62,559 nucleotides of DNA, filler included, from Basidiobolus ranarum (GCA_040143965.1; 23 parts of 23 records of this genome joined end to end with filler, not necessarily neighbours in it); one strand, 5' to 3'. Positions 11,966 through 25,385 are shown, counted from the first letter of the whole stretch. Numbers and translations are program-made. The notes: a model not told the origin generated them from the sequence alone.

Positions 11966-12766
11966 TCAAGAATTTGAGGCAATAGGAGTTTGTAAAGATA
12001 ATAGCCTATCATATACTAGAGTATGTAATGACACTAATTTGTTTACTATAGATATGTAATACTCAATCTGTTTACTCATCATTTTCACCTCTTGGCGAAG
12101 TATACTGCAATTCAAGCATTGATTCGCTAGTTTTTTTGTGCATGCCAGTTCCTGTTCATCTTGAGATATTGGTTGTGCACAGATAGGTGGATATAAGGAT
12201 ATTGCTAGTGAGAGCGATGGCTCAGGCGGTTTAGTAATTGTACTGGCCTCTAACTCGGGTATTGGAAATGCTACCATGGCTCGGGAATATGGATTCTTCA
12301 AACGTTGAACAAGGTAATACTCATTTGGCTGATCTCTTCTGAAATAACGATGCAAGTGGATTGCCATCAATGAATGATTACTTGTTTTAGTTCTCGGATC
12401 AGGAACTTGGTAAAAGCCATGTATCTATTCAAAGGATTAACCGTAAATCATGAGAAATAAGATTAAGATTTATGCTATTACACCATACATTTAATTGACG
12501 TGTGAATGATGCAAGTTTGTCAGTCTCATAGAACTGGGGAAGAACTTCAGAAGCAAATTTGACTGGGTCTTTGATGACAAATCTATTACCCGAGGGCTCC
12601 CAGGCTATCACATCAAAGTATTTTGATTCCGAGAGCATACTAGAAGGAGCAAAAATCTTCTTTAGCGTTATACTCAAGAAAAAGTTTACAATGTAATTTA
12701 CTTGGAAAGGCTCCGCACAAGGGGAGTCATACAAGCACAAAAGCGAATACCTTTCATTCCCAACAT
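11966..12766 (-). CDS. Divergent HSF-type DNA-binding protein, ~224 aa; exons 12766-12702, 12639-12489, 12424-11966
   Basis: Two GT-AG introns (62 and 64 nt) restore TPLVRSLSNML..VIAWEPSGNRFVIKDPVKFASEVLPQFY..KLASFTRQLNIHGFYQV..HRYFRRD; TATA-like element ~35 nt upstream. The start codon is uncertain. Confidence 0.8.
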
Positions 12767-13656
12767 TTCTGAAATCCAAAGGGGAATGTGACAGCACCTG
12801 CCTATATATGGATACCAGTACACATATCTAACCGGGCAGGAGCGATGTAAGGCTGGACCGCTCTTTCCGCCGAGTTGGTCAGTCAATAGACCCTTGTGTC
12901 TGAAACAATTTCTTTATATTTTGATTTGAAGAGCTGTCAAATATTGCTATATTCCAGATGATATTACTTCATCTATTCTTGTTTGATGGGCTAGTATTCG
13001 TTTAAACTTACCCAAGTCATCTGTTTAAATGTATTGAATCCCACCGCTGGGCTCTACCGAATTGTACAGCTGAATCATTTTGTAGTTATTTTCATTTTAG
13101 GTGCTAAAAAGGAGATTCAATAGAGCGACCTAGCCTTATTGTTGAAATAGTCAATCATAACTTCAAACTATAATTTTGTACCAATTCTCACCGTCAATGT
13201 CTCTTTCCCACGGATTAGTCCAGTTGGTGAAACCGTTCACAGTCAATGAAGTTATTTTTAATTTATGCTGTATACTTTCTAAATAAGCAACTAGTTTCTT
13301 GCTTGGAATGATTTTATTACATTACTATAATTAGTTAGTGCTCATTTGCACACTAATGGTATGCTAAAACGAATTTCATATCAGCAAACTTATCATCTGC
13401 GAGAATCATTGTTTTTCAAAATGCTTACATGAAATTTCACAAATCAATGAAAGTTTCCACATTGAAGAATGTGAATACAACATTGACTGACATTTCTCTT
13501 AAACATTGCTCAGTTATAAATGTGGGCGTGACGGAACTTGTGTAGGTCAGCATTAANNNNNNNNNNNNNNNNNNNNNNNNNNNNNNNNNNNNNNNNNNNN
13601 TTAATTAATTAANNNNNNNNNNNNNNNNNNNNNNNNNNNNNNNNNNNNNNNNNNNN

Positions 13657-15915
13657 ATCCAAGAGCTTATTCTCATTGTGAATGGTAACAAGAGTCAGCT
13701 ATTTGCCAAGTGTCAGTGCTATTCAAAATTTCAGATGTTTGGCAATTTTTCCACCATTAGTTTGCTGTTGAAGTATATTGATGTTGTTGAGTTATGTTTA
13801 ATCAGTCAAATAGGTGCATATATAGACACTCAACACAGCAAGATTCTTGTATTTTTTGATTCTCATTATGGCTGGAATACAAAGTCCAAAATATCTAGAT
13901 AAAGGCATGCATATTAATTCAAATACCTACAGCAGTAAACCCAGTAATTTGCCATTTGAAAATTATAGTTTAGCAAAAATTTCTGGATATTGAATAACCC
14001 ATGCCAAATTTGAGGATCAATATTTTAACATGTTTGAATACCATCAATATACCATCCAGAAACCACTGTCATGCTATCAAAATCCCTGGCAGAATGTAAG
14101 CCACCAATATTGTGATGGGTCTCTGATGGTTTTGCTCTTTTGGAGGGTGGATCTGATCCAGATTAAATTGATTTTATTTTTCTTAGGGTATGGCTTATAT
14201 GCATTGTATGAGATTGATTGAGATCCCATATGAGAGTGGACAAAGGGAGCAGCATATTGTTGTAGCTTAAGTACAGCTTTCTGAAGGTCTTATAACATTG
14301 TTGAATTACTCTCTAACTGCTTACAAGTAGCTACCAAATGCTGCATCAATTGCAATATTGCAGCATTATTGCTTATCATGGCCTGTGTAGCAGCTTTGTA
14401 ACTTTATTCATGTTTGCACACAAATCATTATAGTGTTGTGCCTGCAATTCCCTTGTTATAGTAATTCTATCCAAATTCTCAACATATGGTAGTTCAATAG
14501 TTCGCAAAGTAGCCATTTAGAAATCAATAGTCTTGATGGTGTTTCTGTTGAACTTTGCTTGACCATTGCTGTATTATGTAATTGGGGGATTACAATCTCT
14601 TAACTTGCACCATTATTGGAAAGAGACAAATCTGGTAAATTGATGCATGCTTCATCATTACTTAAATTAGTTTTCAACATGTTGATGCCTTCCAAAATGG
14701 ATAGTGTTTAGCTAGACTCCTCATTGGTGGTTTTTGACTATTATGCCAGCAGGTTTTGGTTAGAAGCCAATTTTGATTTGTAGTTTGGATGCTTGTTGTA
14801 TGGCATCAAAATATTAAGATAGCTAACTTGATGTATTGAAATTGCTTACAAACAGCATATGATAAACCAGCTTATAATAAACCAAAATTGCCATCCAATA
14901 CCGCAAATATGTTGTAGATCCCCTGATGACTCATCTGTGACACTGTCTCAGAATCAGCTGCTGATATTGATGGGCTATACTTGAAATACCACCCTTACAA
15001 GGGAGGTGTTTCTTTTTCTACAATATCCTTCTCATGCCACAACATAAACATTCAAAGAAGCTCTGTTATTATTGCCACAAATTCTTGTGCTAAGAACGCT
15101 TGAGGCTTCACAGATAAAATAATTGCAAGCATGGTTACTGTACAAAGCCACCAGCTGTACAATACCTGGTAAATATCAACAGTAATAAGTGTACAAAATT
15201 GATTTTTTGAGCACAATAACAGCAACAAAACTCAATACATGGACTCAGAGTGGATTCTTCTACAGTTTGGACTATTGTGTTTGTGTGATACTATGATGGT
15301 ATTTCAGGAAAGATGCAAGACAGACTTCTTAGAAAGATAGATCAAGATATGCAGTGTCATAGTTTTGCCATGGGTAATCTATTAAAGCATTGACACATCT
15401 ACTTGTAACAGGACATTTGTTGACTGCAAGTTGGGTATATCTTTGTTTAATTCTTTATGGTAATTTGCCAAAATCCAAGAGCTTATTCTCATTGTGTTTG
15501 GTAACAAGTATCAGCTATTTGCCAAGTGTTAGTGCTGTTCAAAATTTTGGATGTTTAGCAATTTTTCCACTATAAGTTTGCTGCTAAAGCTTATTGAAGT
15601 TGCTTAGTATTGTGTGATCAGTCAAATATGTGCATACATAGAGACTAAGCATAATGTGATTCTTCTATTTCTTGAATCCCATTATGGCTGGAATATAAGA
15701 CATAAAATATCCAAATAAAGGCATGCACATCAATTAGAAAGCCTATAGCAGTAAATGCCATAATTTGCCATTCAAATATTTTTTTTGCATAATTTTTTGA
15801 AAATATATAATGCATGCCAAAGATTACGATGAATATTTTACCATGTTTGAATACCATCAAAATACTGTCAAAAAGCTGCCATCTCACCTTCAAAACCCTT
15901 AGCAGAATTCAAGCC
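13657..15915 (+). mobile_element. CMC/EnSpm family fragments (3' region at 13657-14180 and again at ~15190-15915)
   Basis: High similarity to 6480-7275 (for example the near-identical MNGNKSQLFAKC ORFs). Confidence 0.8.
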
Positions 15916-16384
15916 TGCTAGTACACCATCTGGTGTGATCTGTCAATTACCATGGCTGGGTCCTATAACACTCGATTGCACACTATAAGGAACAATTTGG
16001 CACTATCCCACCACAATCGGACACGATGATTTGTTTGGAGATATCATGCCAGTCCGTACTAAGTTACCCGATTTGGTATTGCCAAATTACGATTTTGGGT
16101 AACTGACAAAGTAAATTCATCCCCTAGTTTGTAACTTATGAATTACTGAATGTGTAACAATAAACAATTTATGCTGTAACTTACCCAATCAAATGTATAA
16201 CCAAGACATTCACATGTTTTTAGGCCAATCATTTGTCCCTCACTAACACAGTATCCTGCTTTTCAATTGGGCACAACAGCTCCTNNNNNNNNNNNNNNNN
16301 NNNNNNNNNNNNNNNNNNNNNNNNNNNNTTAATTAATTAANNNNNNNNNNNNNNNNNNNNNNNNNNNNNNNNNNNNNNNNNNNN

Positions 16385-16675
16385 CAATCTCAAACTCCCG
16401 CACTAGCTAGAGCCTCAGCCACCATCAGCCAAGAACAGCAAACTCCTGCTCCTACTAAGCCAGTTGATGAGAAGTCATCCGACATCTTAGCTAACACTAT
16501 GCAGAACTCTCAAGTGTCTGCCTCAACCAACCCAACTAGCCAAAGCTCCTCAACACCTAATAAACCTGTAGAGACTAAGACACCACAGAATACCGCAAAC
16601 TCTGTTGTTACTCTATACACTAGTGGTATGATCGTTGCAGCTAGTTTCTTGGTAGCCGCTCTTACTCAATGTTAA
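16385..16675 (+). CDS. C-terminus of a Ser/Thr/Pro-rich, probably GPI-anchored surface protein (5' truncated)
   Basis: Open frame QSQTPALA...TPQNTANSVVTLYTSGMIVAASFLVAALTQC*; small residues followed by a hydrophobic tail. Confidence 0.75.
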   Translation, partial: QSQTPALARASATISQEQQTPAPTKPVDEKSSDILANTMQNSQVSASTNPTSQSSSTPNKPVETKTPQNTANSVVTLYTSGMIVAASFLVAALTQC

Positions 16676-16820
16676 AATGATACCCGTATTGTGCACATTA
16701 TATTAAACAGCCTTTATTGAATTACACTACCTATTTTTTTACATTCACTCGTCTCAAAGTTTTTTTGCAATCGTCCCATATATTTTATGAGGCCTCTAAT
16801 TTTTTTTAAATTGCCTCATT

Positions 16821-17063
16821 TTAGGCTAAAATACTGTACGAAACACAGTCACTAGCATCAGCAACTTGAACATCAAGATTATTAGGAACACTACAGAACT
16901 GGGTATAGACATTGCTGATTCGAGCTACGAAAGGTGAAGCACAAGTTGCAGAGGCTTCCACTTCCGATACACAATACTTGTTGTTTTTACAGGTAAAACC
17001 ATGAATTCCACAGTTTTTCTGGTCATTACAGTAGTAGGCATCGGCAGAGGGAGCGAGGTACAT
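16821..17063 (-). CDS. Small Cys-rich protein, 80 aa, 7 Cys, no clear signal peptide
   Basis: AAAATG start context, TATA-like element ~95 nt upstream, motif C-x5-C-x6-C-x5-C. Confidence 0.5.
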   Translation of the reverse strand: MYLAPSADAYYCNDQKNCGIHGFTCKNNKYCVSEVEASATCASPFVARISNVYTQFCSVPNNLDVQVADASDCVSYSILA

Positions 17064-19744
17064 TTTTGTATCAAGTTTTAGTTGTTCGGTAACCCGTTAG
17101 AGTGATAAAATTCAAAGTATGAACTGTGAATTGGAATTTCTGTTGCCTAACAACCTTATATAGATCAGCATATTTCACCCACATCTCTCCTTTTGCAGTT
17201 AGCATAAGTGTTGAAGAGACATTTCACCCCAAGTTGTAATAAAATTTGTTTCGGATAAAAACTACGCTTTGGCGAAATAATAGCAACCATGTAAAGTCAC
17301 CAGGAGTTAGCTGGTCCATCTAAGATTGACCAGGGATGAAAGTCCACAGATCTCTAGAAGACTCACCTCATGAACACGTGTTTATTTGAATGCAAGGTTA
17401 CTTTTCCTACATCTAATACTCTGCATTTGTAGCGATGGGAAATACAAATTCATCATTAGTTTGGTGTGCTTATTAACCAATAAGCGCCGGTTGAAATACC
17501 AACATGAGTTGGAAATGCCGGTAATTTGGACTGGAAATTCTATTTCCTTGATTCACACGAGTATCATAGGATTATTTATTTTACACTGAGCTATTGTGAC
17601 TATTTCCGCAATAATCAAGTTGTCATTTTCATCTCAAATTAATCTGCTAATTAGACACGCGCTATATAGCGATGAGTTGTAATAACCAGTCATATATTTT
17701 TGCATTCAAGGACACTCTGTATCAACACTAAATAGCAATTCTAATTCAAAGAACCGTACCATTCAACCAATGATGAATATTGATGTAATTACTGGGATCA
17801 TTAGAAGCCATTTTAGCCGTACATTGAATCTGACAACCTGAGCCTTAAATTGCTACGGGGATTGCCTTCAACTGCGCAAGGGTCGTTTTAGAGCTTTACC
17901 AATTTTGGACCACTCCAAGCAGTCCTACACTGTATAGGTCACTCATAATCCATGCACAAGACATGGCATGGCATAGCACCTAAAGGAGAAATCTGTTTTT
18001 GTATTGATTTCACCGACGGTGATTGCTTCCCTTGTTTGTGCCTCTGCAGGTATAACCTTGATCATCTGATAACTCCATTTTATTCACAAAAGCATCAGAT
18101 AAGAATGGGGGTTTGTGATGTCCTTGTGCAACGGGACACAGCCAACATACTTCTTGTTTACTATATCAAATATATGAATTCTACCAGGGTAAGATTGAGA
18201 AAAATGGTAAACATCAGAGATTGCAAATCTTTATTCATAGCACTGGTTTGATATCCATCCATTAACTTCTATTTACGAGCTACTCCCGGGACTCATTTTC
18301 AAACAAACAGCCTTCCTTCTATTTTATTACGCGAAAATTTTTCCTTATTGAGAACTCGAAGCAATTTAGTCTATTTACATTTGCCTGGTTATAATCTTAC
18401 TACCAATAATGTTCTTACATCTAAGTCGTAAAGTGTGCTAATGAAGGCTTTTATTTGTACCTGAACTTGCGATCATTTTTGTTGGCATATTATCAGCACT
18501 CGCTTTGACAATGTCATGCTTCTACCAATACCCAAGAGGTTTATTTTGGCTAGACTTGAGCTTGTCAGCAAAGTCTGTTTAGTAATATTGTGAAAATATG
18601 GAATTTCTAGGAGTATTTTAAGGGGCAATTGTAAGCTTAAGTTATGTTTATTTATCAACAAGAAATCGTATATTTAATTAAACAATGAGATTGTGTTCTG
18701 AACATCTGTGAGGAGTGGGCAATCTGAGAGTGAATTTGAAAATATTGAATTTTCAATATCAACTGGTCAATTCAGGGACATTCTTGTAGCTTTTGATTTT
18801 CAACTAGTTAATATTTCCTATTAAGTGATGAGTATCCCAAGTGTGGTAGAGGGATCAATTTGTGTTGGATAATTAATCTTTATTCAACATCATAGTTAAG
18901 TTTAGTTATGATACATATATCAGAAACAGAAAGCAACATATCTATAGCCCCTATATTCTAAATAGGAATATCTCTATATCTATATAACAAGTATGTCTTA
19001 TTACCCCCACTNNNNNNNNNNNNNNNNNNNNNNNNNNNNNNNNNNNNNNNNNNNNTTAATTAATTAANNNNNNNNNNNNNNNNNNNNNNNNNNNNNNNNN
19101 NNNNNNNNNNNAAATTACTAAATAGCACCGAACCATCTCCGATTCATCTCTATTGCTCATTAGTTCCTAATGGCGGATAGTGGATGTATTTATATCACCA
19201 AGGGCTGTGCATTGTTGTACTCCTCATGTTTCATAATGGAATACTTGTGCTATATATAGTGTGCATGAACTAATTCTTACATACCTTAATTCTTTCTATA
19301 TCATTACTTTTATTTATGCTATATTTAGCTATTAATGGGAAAGTCGATTCCATATTCATTGATATAATCCAAATTTCAATATCTTGGTTGATTTCGAATA
19401 GGAGACTGTTAGTTGCATAAGTAAACTTTAAGGCCAATATAGCTTTGGTTGTCTGTATGTGGGAAGCTTTGGAAATGGTATGATTTGAACAAAACTTAGT
19501 AAAGTTGTTTAGGTCAGCTCCAGAATTGCTCATTTAACATAAATATTCTAAGAGTAACTTTATTATATATTACATTATCTCTAAAGAAGTATGTAGTGTA
19601 ATTTTTTCATTTTATAATCATCTCTCTGACCTCCTGTTCCTTCATACCTTAATGCCTGAAGTGTGGGTCCCTAGCTTTCATGTTAAAGATGACTCACTTT
19701 GATATTATTTCAAATAATTCTATGTTCACAAGGTAATGTATTAT

Positions 19745-20075
19745 TGAAGCATTTTGGGAGTTGGTTGGAAGTGGCTTGGAGAACTAAAAGAATTGGTGGT
19801 TTTCACTAACTCTCCAAACCACTTCCAACAGGCTCCCAAAATACTTTCACCCTTAGAAGTACTCAGATATACACATCTTTTTCAACCTTGTGCTAGAAGT
19901 CCCAAACTCTTCATACATGCTCCTGAACATCCCTTAACACATTCTACATGTTTTTTGCTTCTAATCATTACAAAACTATAAATGTGAACTTGGAAGTCAA
20001 GAAATCAATAAGTGAAAAACCATCAATTCTTCTAGTTCTCCTAGCCACTTGCAATGAGCTCCAAGCATACTAACA
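19745..20075. mobile_element. Rearranged copia LTR fragments including a fold-back of the LTR end
   Basis: 19745-19782 is the imperfect reverse complement of 19811-19849; a further partial LTR follows. Confidence 0.75.
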
Positions 20076-20514
20076 CTCATTTCTTGAAATATATATCTCT
20101 CAGACCCTCCTGACAATAATCCCATATACTAATAATAGCTCTATTAATTAAACTCATTTTTTAAGCCTAGAAGTCTCTTTCAATGAACAAACCTTGCCCA
20201 TGCTTATGTCTCAATTCAGAATAATAATCCACATGCTCTATATGGATCCAATACTTCAACTCCACTACACTTATCCCATTGGAACTAAGATTTTCAAGAG
20301 ACAGGGACATAGCAATGCACTTCACTTTCTACTGAATATCAAATACTGGTTACAAATCTATATTTCTGCCAATGCTTCTCCACTGCCATCAATAGATATT
20401 ACCAATATAGTAATTCACTAGAGAATATTGATATTCCTGAAACTAGCATTGCCTGAGCACCTGTATAGTCATATATAGCTTAGTATTTGGTTACACTGGA
20501 ATTCACTAAGATAA

Positions 20515-21737
20515 TGTTCAAGTATTTGGGAGCCTATCAGAAGTGGTTTGGAGAATTAGAAAAATTAGTGGTTTTCACTTATTGATTTATTGAGTTTAAA
20601 GTCAACATTTATAGTTTGCCAAAATGTAAGCAAACTAACATGTAAAACATGTTTAGGAAAGTCTCTGAAACATATGTGCAAGGTTTGGGGCTTCTGGCAC
20701 AAGGTTGAAAAATCTATATATCTGAGAGATTTCAAGTTGGTAAAAATATTCTAAGTGAATTCCAATCAAGAATAACAGGTAAGGTATTATTAAAACATAG
20801 AATGAACAAGTACTAAGCCATATATGACTATATAGATATTTAGGCAATGCTAATTTCAACACTTTCCCTCAATTAAATAATAATATAAAAATAATCATAA
20901 GAGAGGTCTACCTTTCTCAAATTTCTGTCAAGCTAATGGCTTGGTTGATAAATCAGCAATCATGTTTTCTGTAGAGCAATAAGTGAAGTCAACAAACTTG
21001 TTTTCTGTGGCCTCTCTATTGAAATGAGGTCTAATATCAGATTTGTTAATATATCAGCAATCATGTCTTCTGTAGAGCAATATGTTAAGTAAATACACTT
21101 ATTTTCTATAGCCTCCCTAATGAAATAAAGTCTATTATCTGTATGCTTGCTTCTGTTATGAAACATGGGATTTATAGCTAATTTAATACATCTTTGATAA
21201 TCTTCAAATATTACAGTTGATGAATTTTGAGAATAGCCCAAATCTGTTACAAGTTTCTTTACCCTATTGCTTCTTTTGTTGCTTCACAGGCAGCCATATA
21301 TGCTGCTTCTGTTGTTGAAAGTGCTATGGTAGGTTGTTTCATTCAATTCCAAGAAATAGCTCCATTACAGCAAGGAATAAGTATCCTGTTGTAGATAACT
21401 TGTCTTCAAAATCATTTCCCCAATTTGCATCTAAATATCTCATCAGATCAAAGTTTGATCCAGAATATGTGTACTTGAAGCACCAATCTACAATACCTTT
21501 CAATATCCAAAAATCCACCAAACTGCTATCATTTGATCAGATCCATAATTGTAAACAGATTGGAACATAACTCCCACAGAATGTGCAATATCTGGATGTG
21601 TTCCATCCATGGTGTACATCAAACCAAAAACCATAGATTGATAAGGAAACTTCTGGCTTTCATTTGAACCCAAGAACTTCTCATTTGAGTCACTTTTGGT
21701 CAAGTTATATATCTCCATTGGGGTAGAAACTGGATTG
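20515..21737 (-). mobile_element. Copia 3' end: RT/RNase H relic, PPT (20862-20870) and 3' LTR (20515-20861)
   Basis: Motifs FPYQSMVFGLMY..THPDIAHSVG, DANWGND..STTGYLF, NPMFHNRSKH and STEDMIADILT; GAGGGAAAG directly before TGTTGAAA. The LTR abuts a truncated, inverted LTR at ~20438-20514. Confidence 0.9.
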
Positions 21738-21837
21738 NNNNNNNNNNNNNNNNNNNNNNNNNNNNNNNNNNNNNNNNNNNNTTAATTAATTAANNNNNNN
21801 NNNNNNNNNNNNNNNNNNNNNNNNNNNNNNNNNNNNN

Positions 21838-22527
21838 GTTGAGGCTTGTATGAGTTAATGGGTTGATCAATAGATCCGCATTGCTTTTGTTATTATGTGT
21901 AATGGAAGGTCTCGAGATATCAACGTTCCTTTGCTCTTGTTGAAGGTTGTTGGGAAGATAATCCGGAAGGCGATGTTGAGAAGGATGAATTGAGGGCGTT
22001 GGGACGGGGTGGCCGTATTTGTTATATCCATTGTGAAGAGGAATTCCAGGAGACATGGATGCATTTGGATCGAGTTGTGGTGACTCTTTGTGAAGAGGAG
22101 GGGATGGAAGACTTGGTGAAATTATACTTGAGGATATGCCAGATGGTGACTGGGTAGGCATAGAGACTGTTGCACTAGACTTGGGTGATGGATGATGGTT
22201 TTCAATGATGGTTAAATTGATGGTACTACTTGGTTGCACCGAAGATGTGGTTGCATATACTGGCTCTGTCATGGTTGAAGAGGCCGAGGTAGCATTGTAA
22301 ACAGCGGTTGAATTTTGTATCTCACTAGCCATACTTTCCAAGGGTTCAACAGCCGAGGCTATATCCTCAGTGAACTCAGATGTACTCATATCTTCGTCTC
22401 CTTCTCCATCACCACTTTCAGCGTCTTCAGGATCATCAAAGTATACCTTTGCATACCAACCTTTAGCTACGTTGGATAACATTAACAGTAGTAATATACT
22501 GAGAGTTAGACTAAAGGGGCCGCGCAT
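21838..22527 (-). CDS. Secreted or membrane Ser/Pro/Thr-rich protein (3' truncated)
   Basis: ATG at 22527 gives a signal peptide MRGPFSLTLSILLLLMLSNVAKG, an acidic patch, then mucin-like low complexity to the contig end. Confidence 0.7.
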
Positions 22528-22803
22528 TGAAAGGGATGAATGGAGAAAGTCTTCACACAAGTCAAGAGGGTTATCCAAGAGTATTGAGTACTTAAACTTA
22601 TTTCGAAACTTCATTCGGATTTTTAGAGTTACAAATATGTGACTAGTTTCAACATCCAAGAAATTCTAGATAGTTGAAACACAGATGATGATTTCATTGT
22701 TCAATTGTCTATAGTAAGCTTAAACATGTTTCGAAATAATCTTTATTTCATACACACATAATGAATAGATGCAAGAAAAAGTAAATGAAATCGACTAGGC
22801 CAC

Positions 22804-23244
22804 TTATTGACAGTCGTTTTGGGCTTCAGTAAAAGCAGCGCATCCAAAATCTTGAGCTTGAGCAACTCGACGACCAACCATACCTGGACCATCCCATGAC
22901 CAGCCAGTCGTACATCGTCGTTTAATGAAGTAGGTAGCTTTAGGATTACTGTTGATACAGGCATTGACCATACATTGCTGGAAATCCTGATCACAATTCG
23001 TTTTGAGTGAGTTGCAAGTGCCATAGCACTCCTCCTTAATACTGCAACAACCATCCATTATGCTTTTCTCTTTTCCTTCAAGATTGGGAGCTCCACATGC
23101 TTGAGCAGTACTAACAAGTTCAGATGGGTCACCGGAGGTGTCGCATGTAGGTGGAGGAGATCCCTCTGGTATCTCTTGTGACTGAGCGGAAATGCTGAAT
23201 AGCGCAAGGGCTCCGAACATGAGAAGAAACTTGTACTGTTGCAT
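22804..23244 (-). CDS. Secreted group XII phospholipase A2-like protein, 146 aa, catalytic HD replaced by KE
   Basis: Signal peptide; CG..CCSIKEECYGTC..KTNCDQDFQQCMVNAC..C..FGCAAFTEAQNDC follows the PLA2G12 Cys pattern CCxxHDxCYxTC..K..CD..F..C...C..GC..Y..SQ..AC. Confidence 0.8.
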   Translation of the reverse strand: MQQYKFLLMFGALALFSISAQSQEIPEGSPPPTCDTSGDPSELVSTAQACGAPNLEGKEKSIMDGCCSIKEECYGTCNSLKTNCDQDFQQCMVNACINSNPKATYFIKRRCTTGWSWDGPGMVGRRVAQAQDFGCAAFTEAQNDCQ

Positions 23245-25157
23245 GATAGAATTGAGGATGATGTTTTTGATTTGAAAGATGTACAGGATGGATTGTTTTA
23301 TATGTTTGAAACGAATGAAGCATTTACCAATAAGGCAGAGAAAAGCCTTATATATTTTTGTATGGCAATCTTACGCTTGGTTCAGAGATGGCTTACATCT
23401 AGCTTTAGTAAATCCTAAGCCGAATTGTGAGAACAGCTGATTAAATATGTTTACGAATAACGAGTACATGTCTGACCTAAACAGTGCATGATTTCGAGGC
23501 TAATTGGAATAAACGCTGCAAATTATCAAGTTAAATGGGGCTCAACAAAACTCGTTGTTCCATTGAAAATTTGATGAAAACCCCTATTTTTACCGTGAGC
23601 TTCACATATTGCTTGACTATAAAAAGATGAATTTAACCCAACTAATTTCTTGGAGTGACTGAAGGAACCGTCTGATCCATTGGCCCAAGTTTCTCAAGCT
23701 GTTATGTCATCCTATTCTGTTCAGAGGCTTAGTGAGGCCAAACACCAATAGGATGTGGTGTATTAAACTCGCGTGATGCATTCCGAGTGACTAGATTGAG
23801 ACTTACGTCTGCCAGCAAACCAGGTTGAGATCAAGATTCTCTGGGAGGGGAGCTCTGAGTCAATGACACAGTAAATTGATGAGTTCCTGGAAAGAGGAGT
23901 TCGATGATGGACCAGCATCATTGATACGGTCATTGGTTTATGATCGGAGCCTTTAAATGCTCACACTTATTCTATGTAATAGCAGTTTCAAAACTGAGGC
24001 AACCTAAAAAATATGGTCTTCAATCAACTCATGAACATGATCTATGGCTGGACAAGTGCAACTAGGCTTGGCCAATAAGCTACATTCAATTTATGTTAGC
24101 TACTCAAGTGTGAAAAGTACTCAGCAGTTAAGAGTATATCACTAGCAGGCATTATGGAACACACTAGCTGAACATTGATTGACCATGATCATGGTCACGC
24201 CACCCAGCATCCTTTGTGCTTCTAGTCTTCGCTCAGTAGAATGCGAGATAAAATCATGTATCTTGGTCTGGAGTTATACTGGAGAACATCCTCATTACTT
24301 GTCAGTTGAACAGCGTGGTGGAAAGTCAGCGTATAGAATAGCGAGGTACAGCCAATCCTATCGTTGTCTTTGGTTAAATCATGAGTCCTCATACATACTA
24401 ATGTTATAAGCATATGGACCCGCCCCATTAAGACCCGGTCAAAAGAAGTTTGTGCGCTGCACANNNNNNNNNNNNNNNNNNNNNNNNNNNNNNNNNNNNN
24501 NNNNNNNTTAATTAATTAANNNNNNNNNNNNNNNNNNNNNNNNNNNNNNNNNNNNNNNNNNNNGTCTAGCACCCAGAAGCATCCAAGGACCGCACCAACA
24601 CAATAGGCAATGGTGATATATAGAAGGCCAAAGATTTAGCAATTATTACTTGATACAGCCTGATCATATTAGGCTATATAAATGTCTGTTGGCCAATTAG
24701 CTAGCTACCAGCATGAATCTTGATTAGAACAATCTTGTGAAATATCAGCAATGTAGACAGACGAAATGAGAAGCAGGCCACTGATAGATTGTTATCAAGC
24801 AGAGCTCAGAGGCCTCTAGCAAGTTTTTAATATACTCCGGTCATGTTAGTGTTCATTAAATGATCATAGATTTGGCTGATTCTGATTTTTAATTCCAGTA
24901 TCACAAGGTCACGGCCACTCTTGCTGAGTAAAGCTAGTTAAATTATCGGACCAGAGGATGTGCAATTGGATTAATAATCGTGATTTTAAAATATAGATTT
25001 TCTAGAAAGAGAAATGTATTTTCGCCTGATCCCGACTCTGCTCCCTTCAAAGTATAAATAGTTGCTACTCAGCCTCCGTATTCCGTTTAAACATCTCTTC
25101 ACTCTTTCCACATTCTGTTCACCCACCTCACTTTCCTTGACCTTCTTACCTATAGCG

Positions 25158-25385
25158 ATGGCAAAAATTCAGGGAAAGAAAGTAGCTAAATGTACCGCCA
25201 ACGGTTGCTATAATCGCGCTGTTCGTATTGTTGGTGATTGCCGTTATTGCCAACAAAAGTTTTGCGGGCAACATAGACTTCCCGAAACACACACCTGTCC
25301 CAATCTTACTACCTGCAAGCAGAACTCCTTCAAGACCTACGCCGATCGTCTGCTAAGTGAAAAATGTGTCGCAAGTAAAGTATGA
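25158..25385 (+). CDS. AN1-type zinc finger protein, 75 aa
   Basis: C-x4-C..CRYC..FCGQHRLPETHTC; ATG at 25158; TATAAATA at 25053. Confidence 0.88.
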   Translation: MAKIQGKKVAKCTANGCYNRAVRIVGDCRYCQQKFCGQHRLPETHTCPNLTTCKQNSFKTYADRLLSEKCVASKV

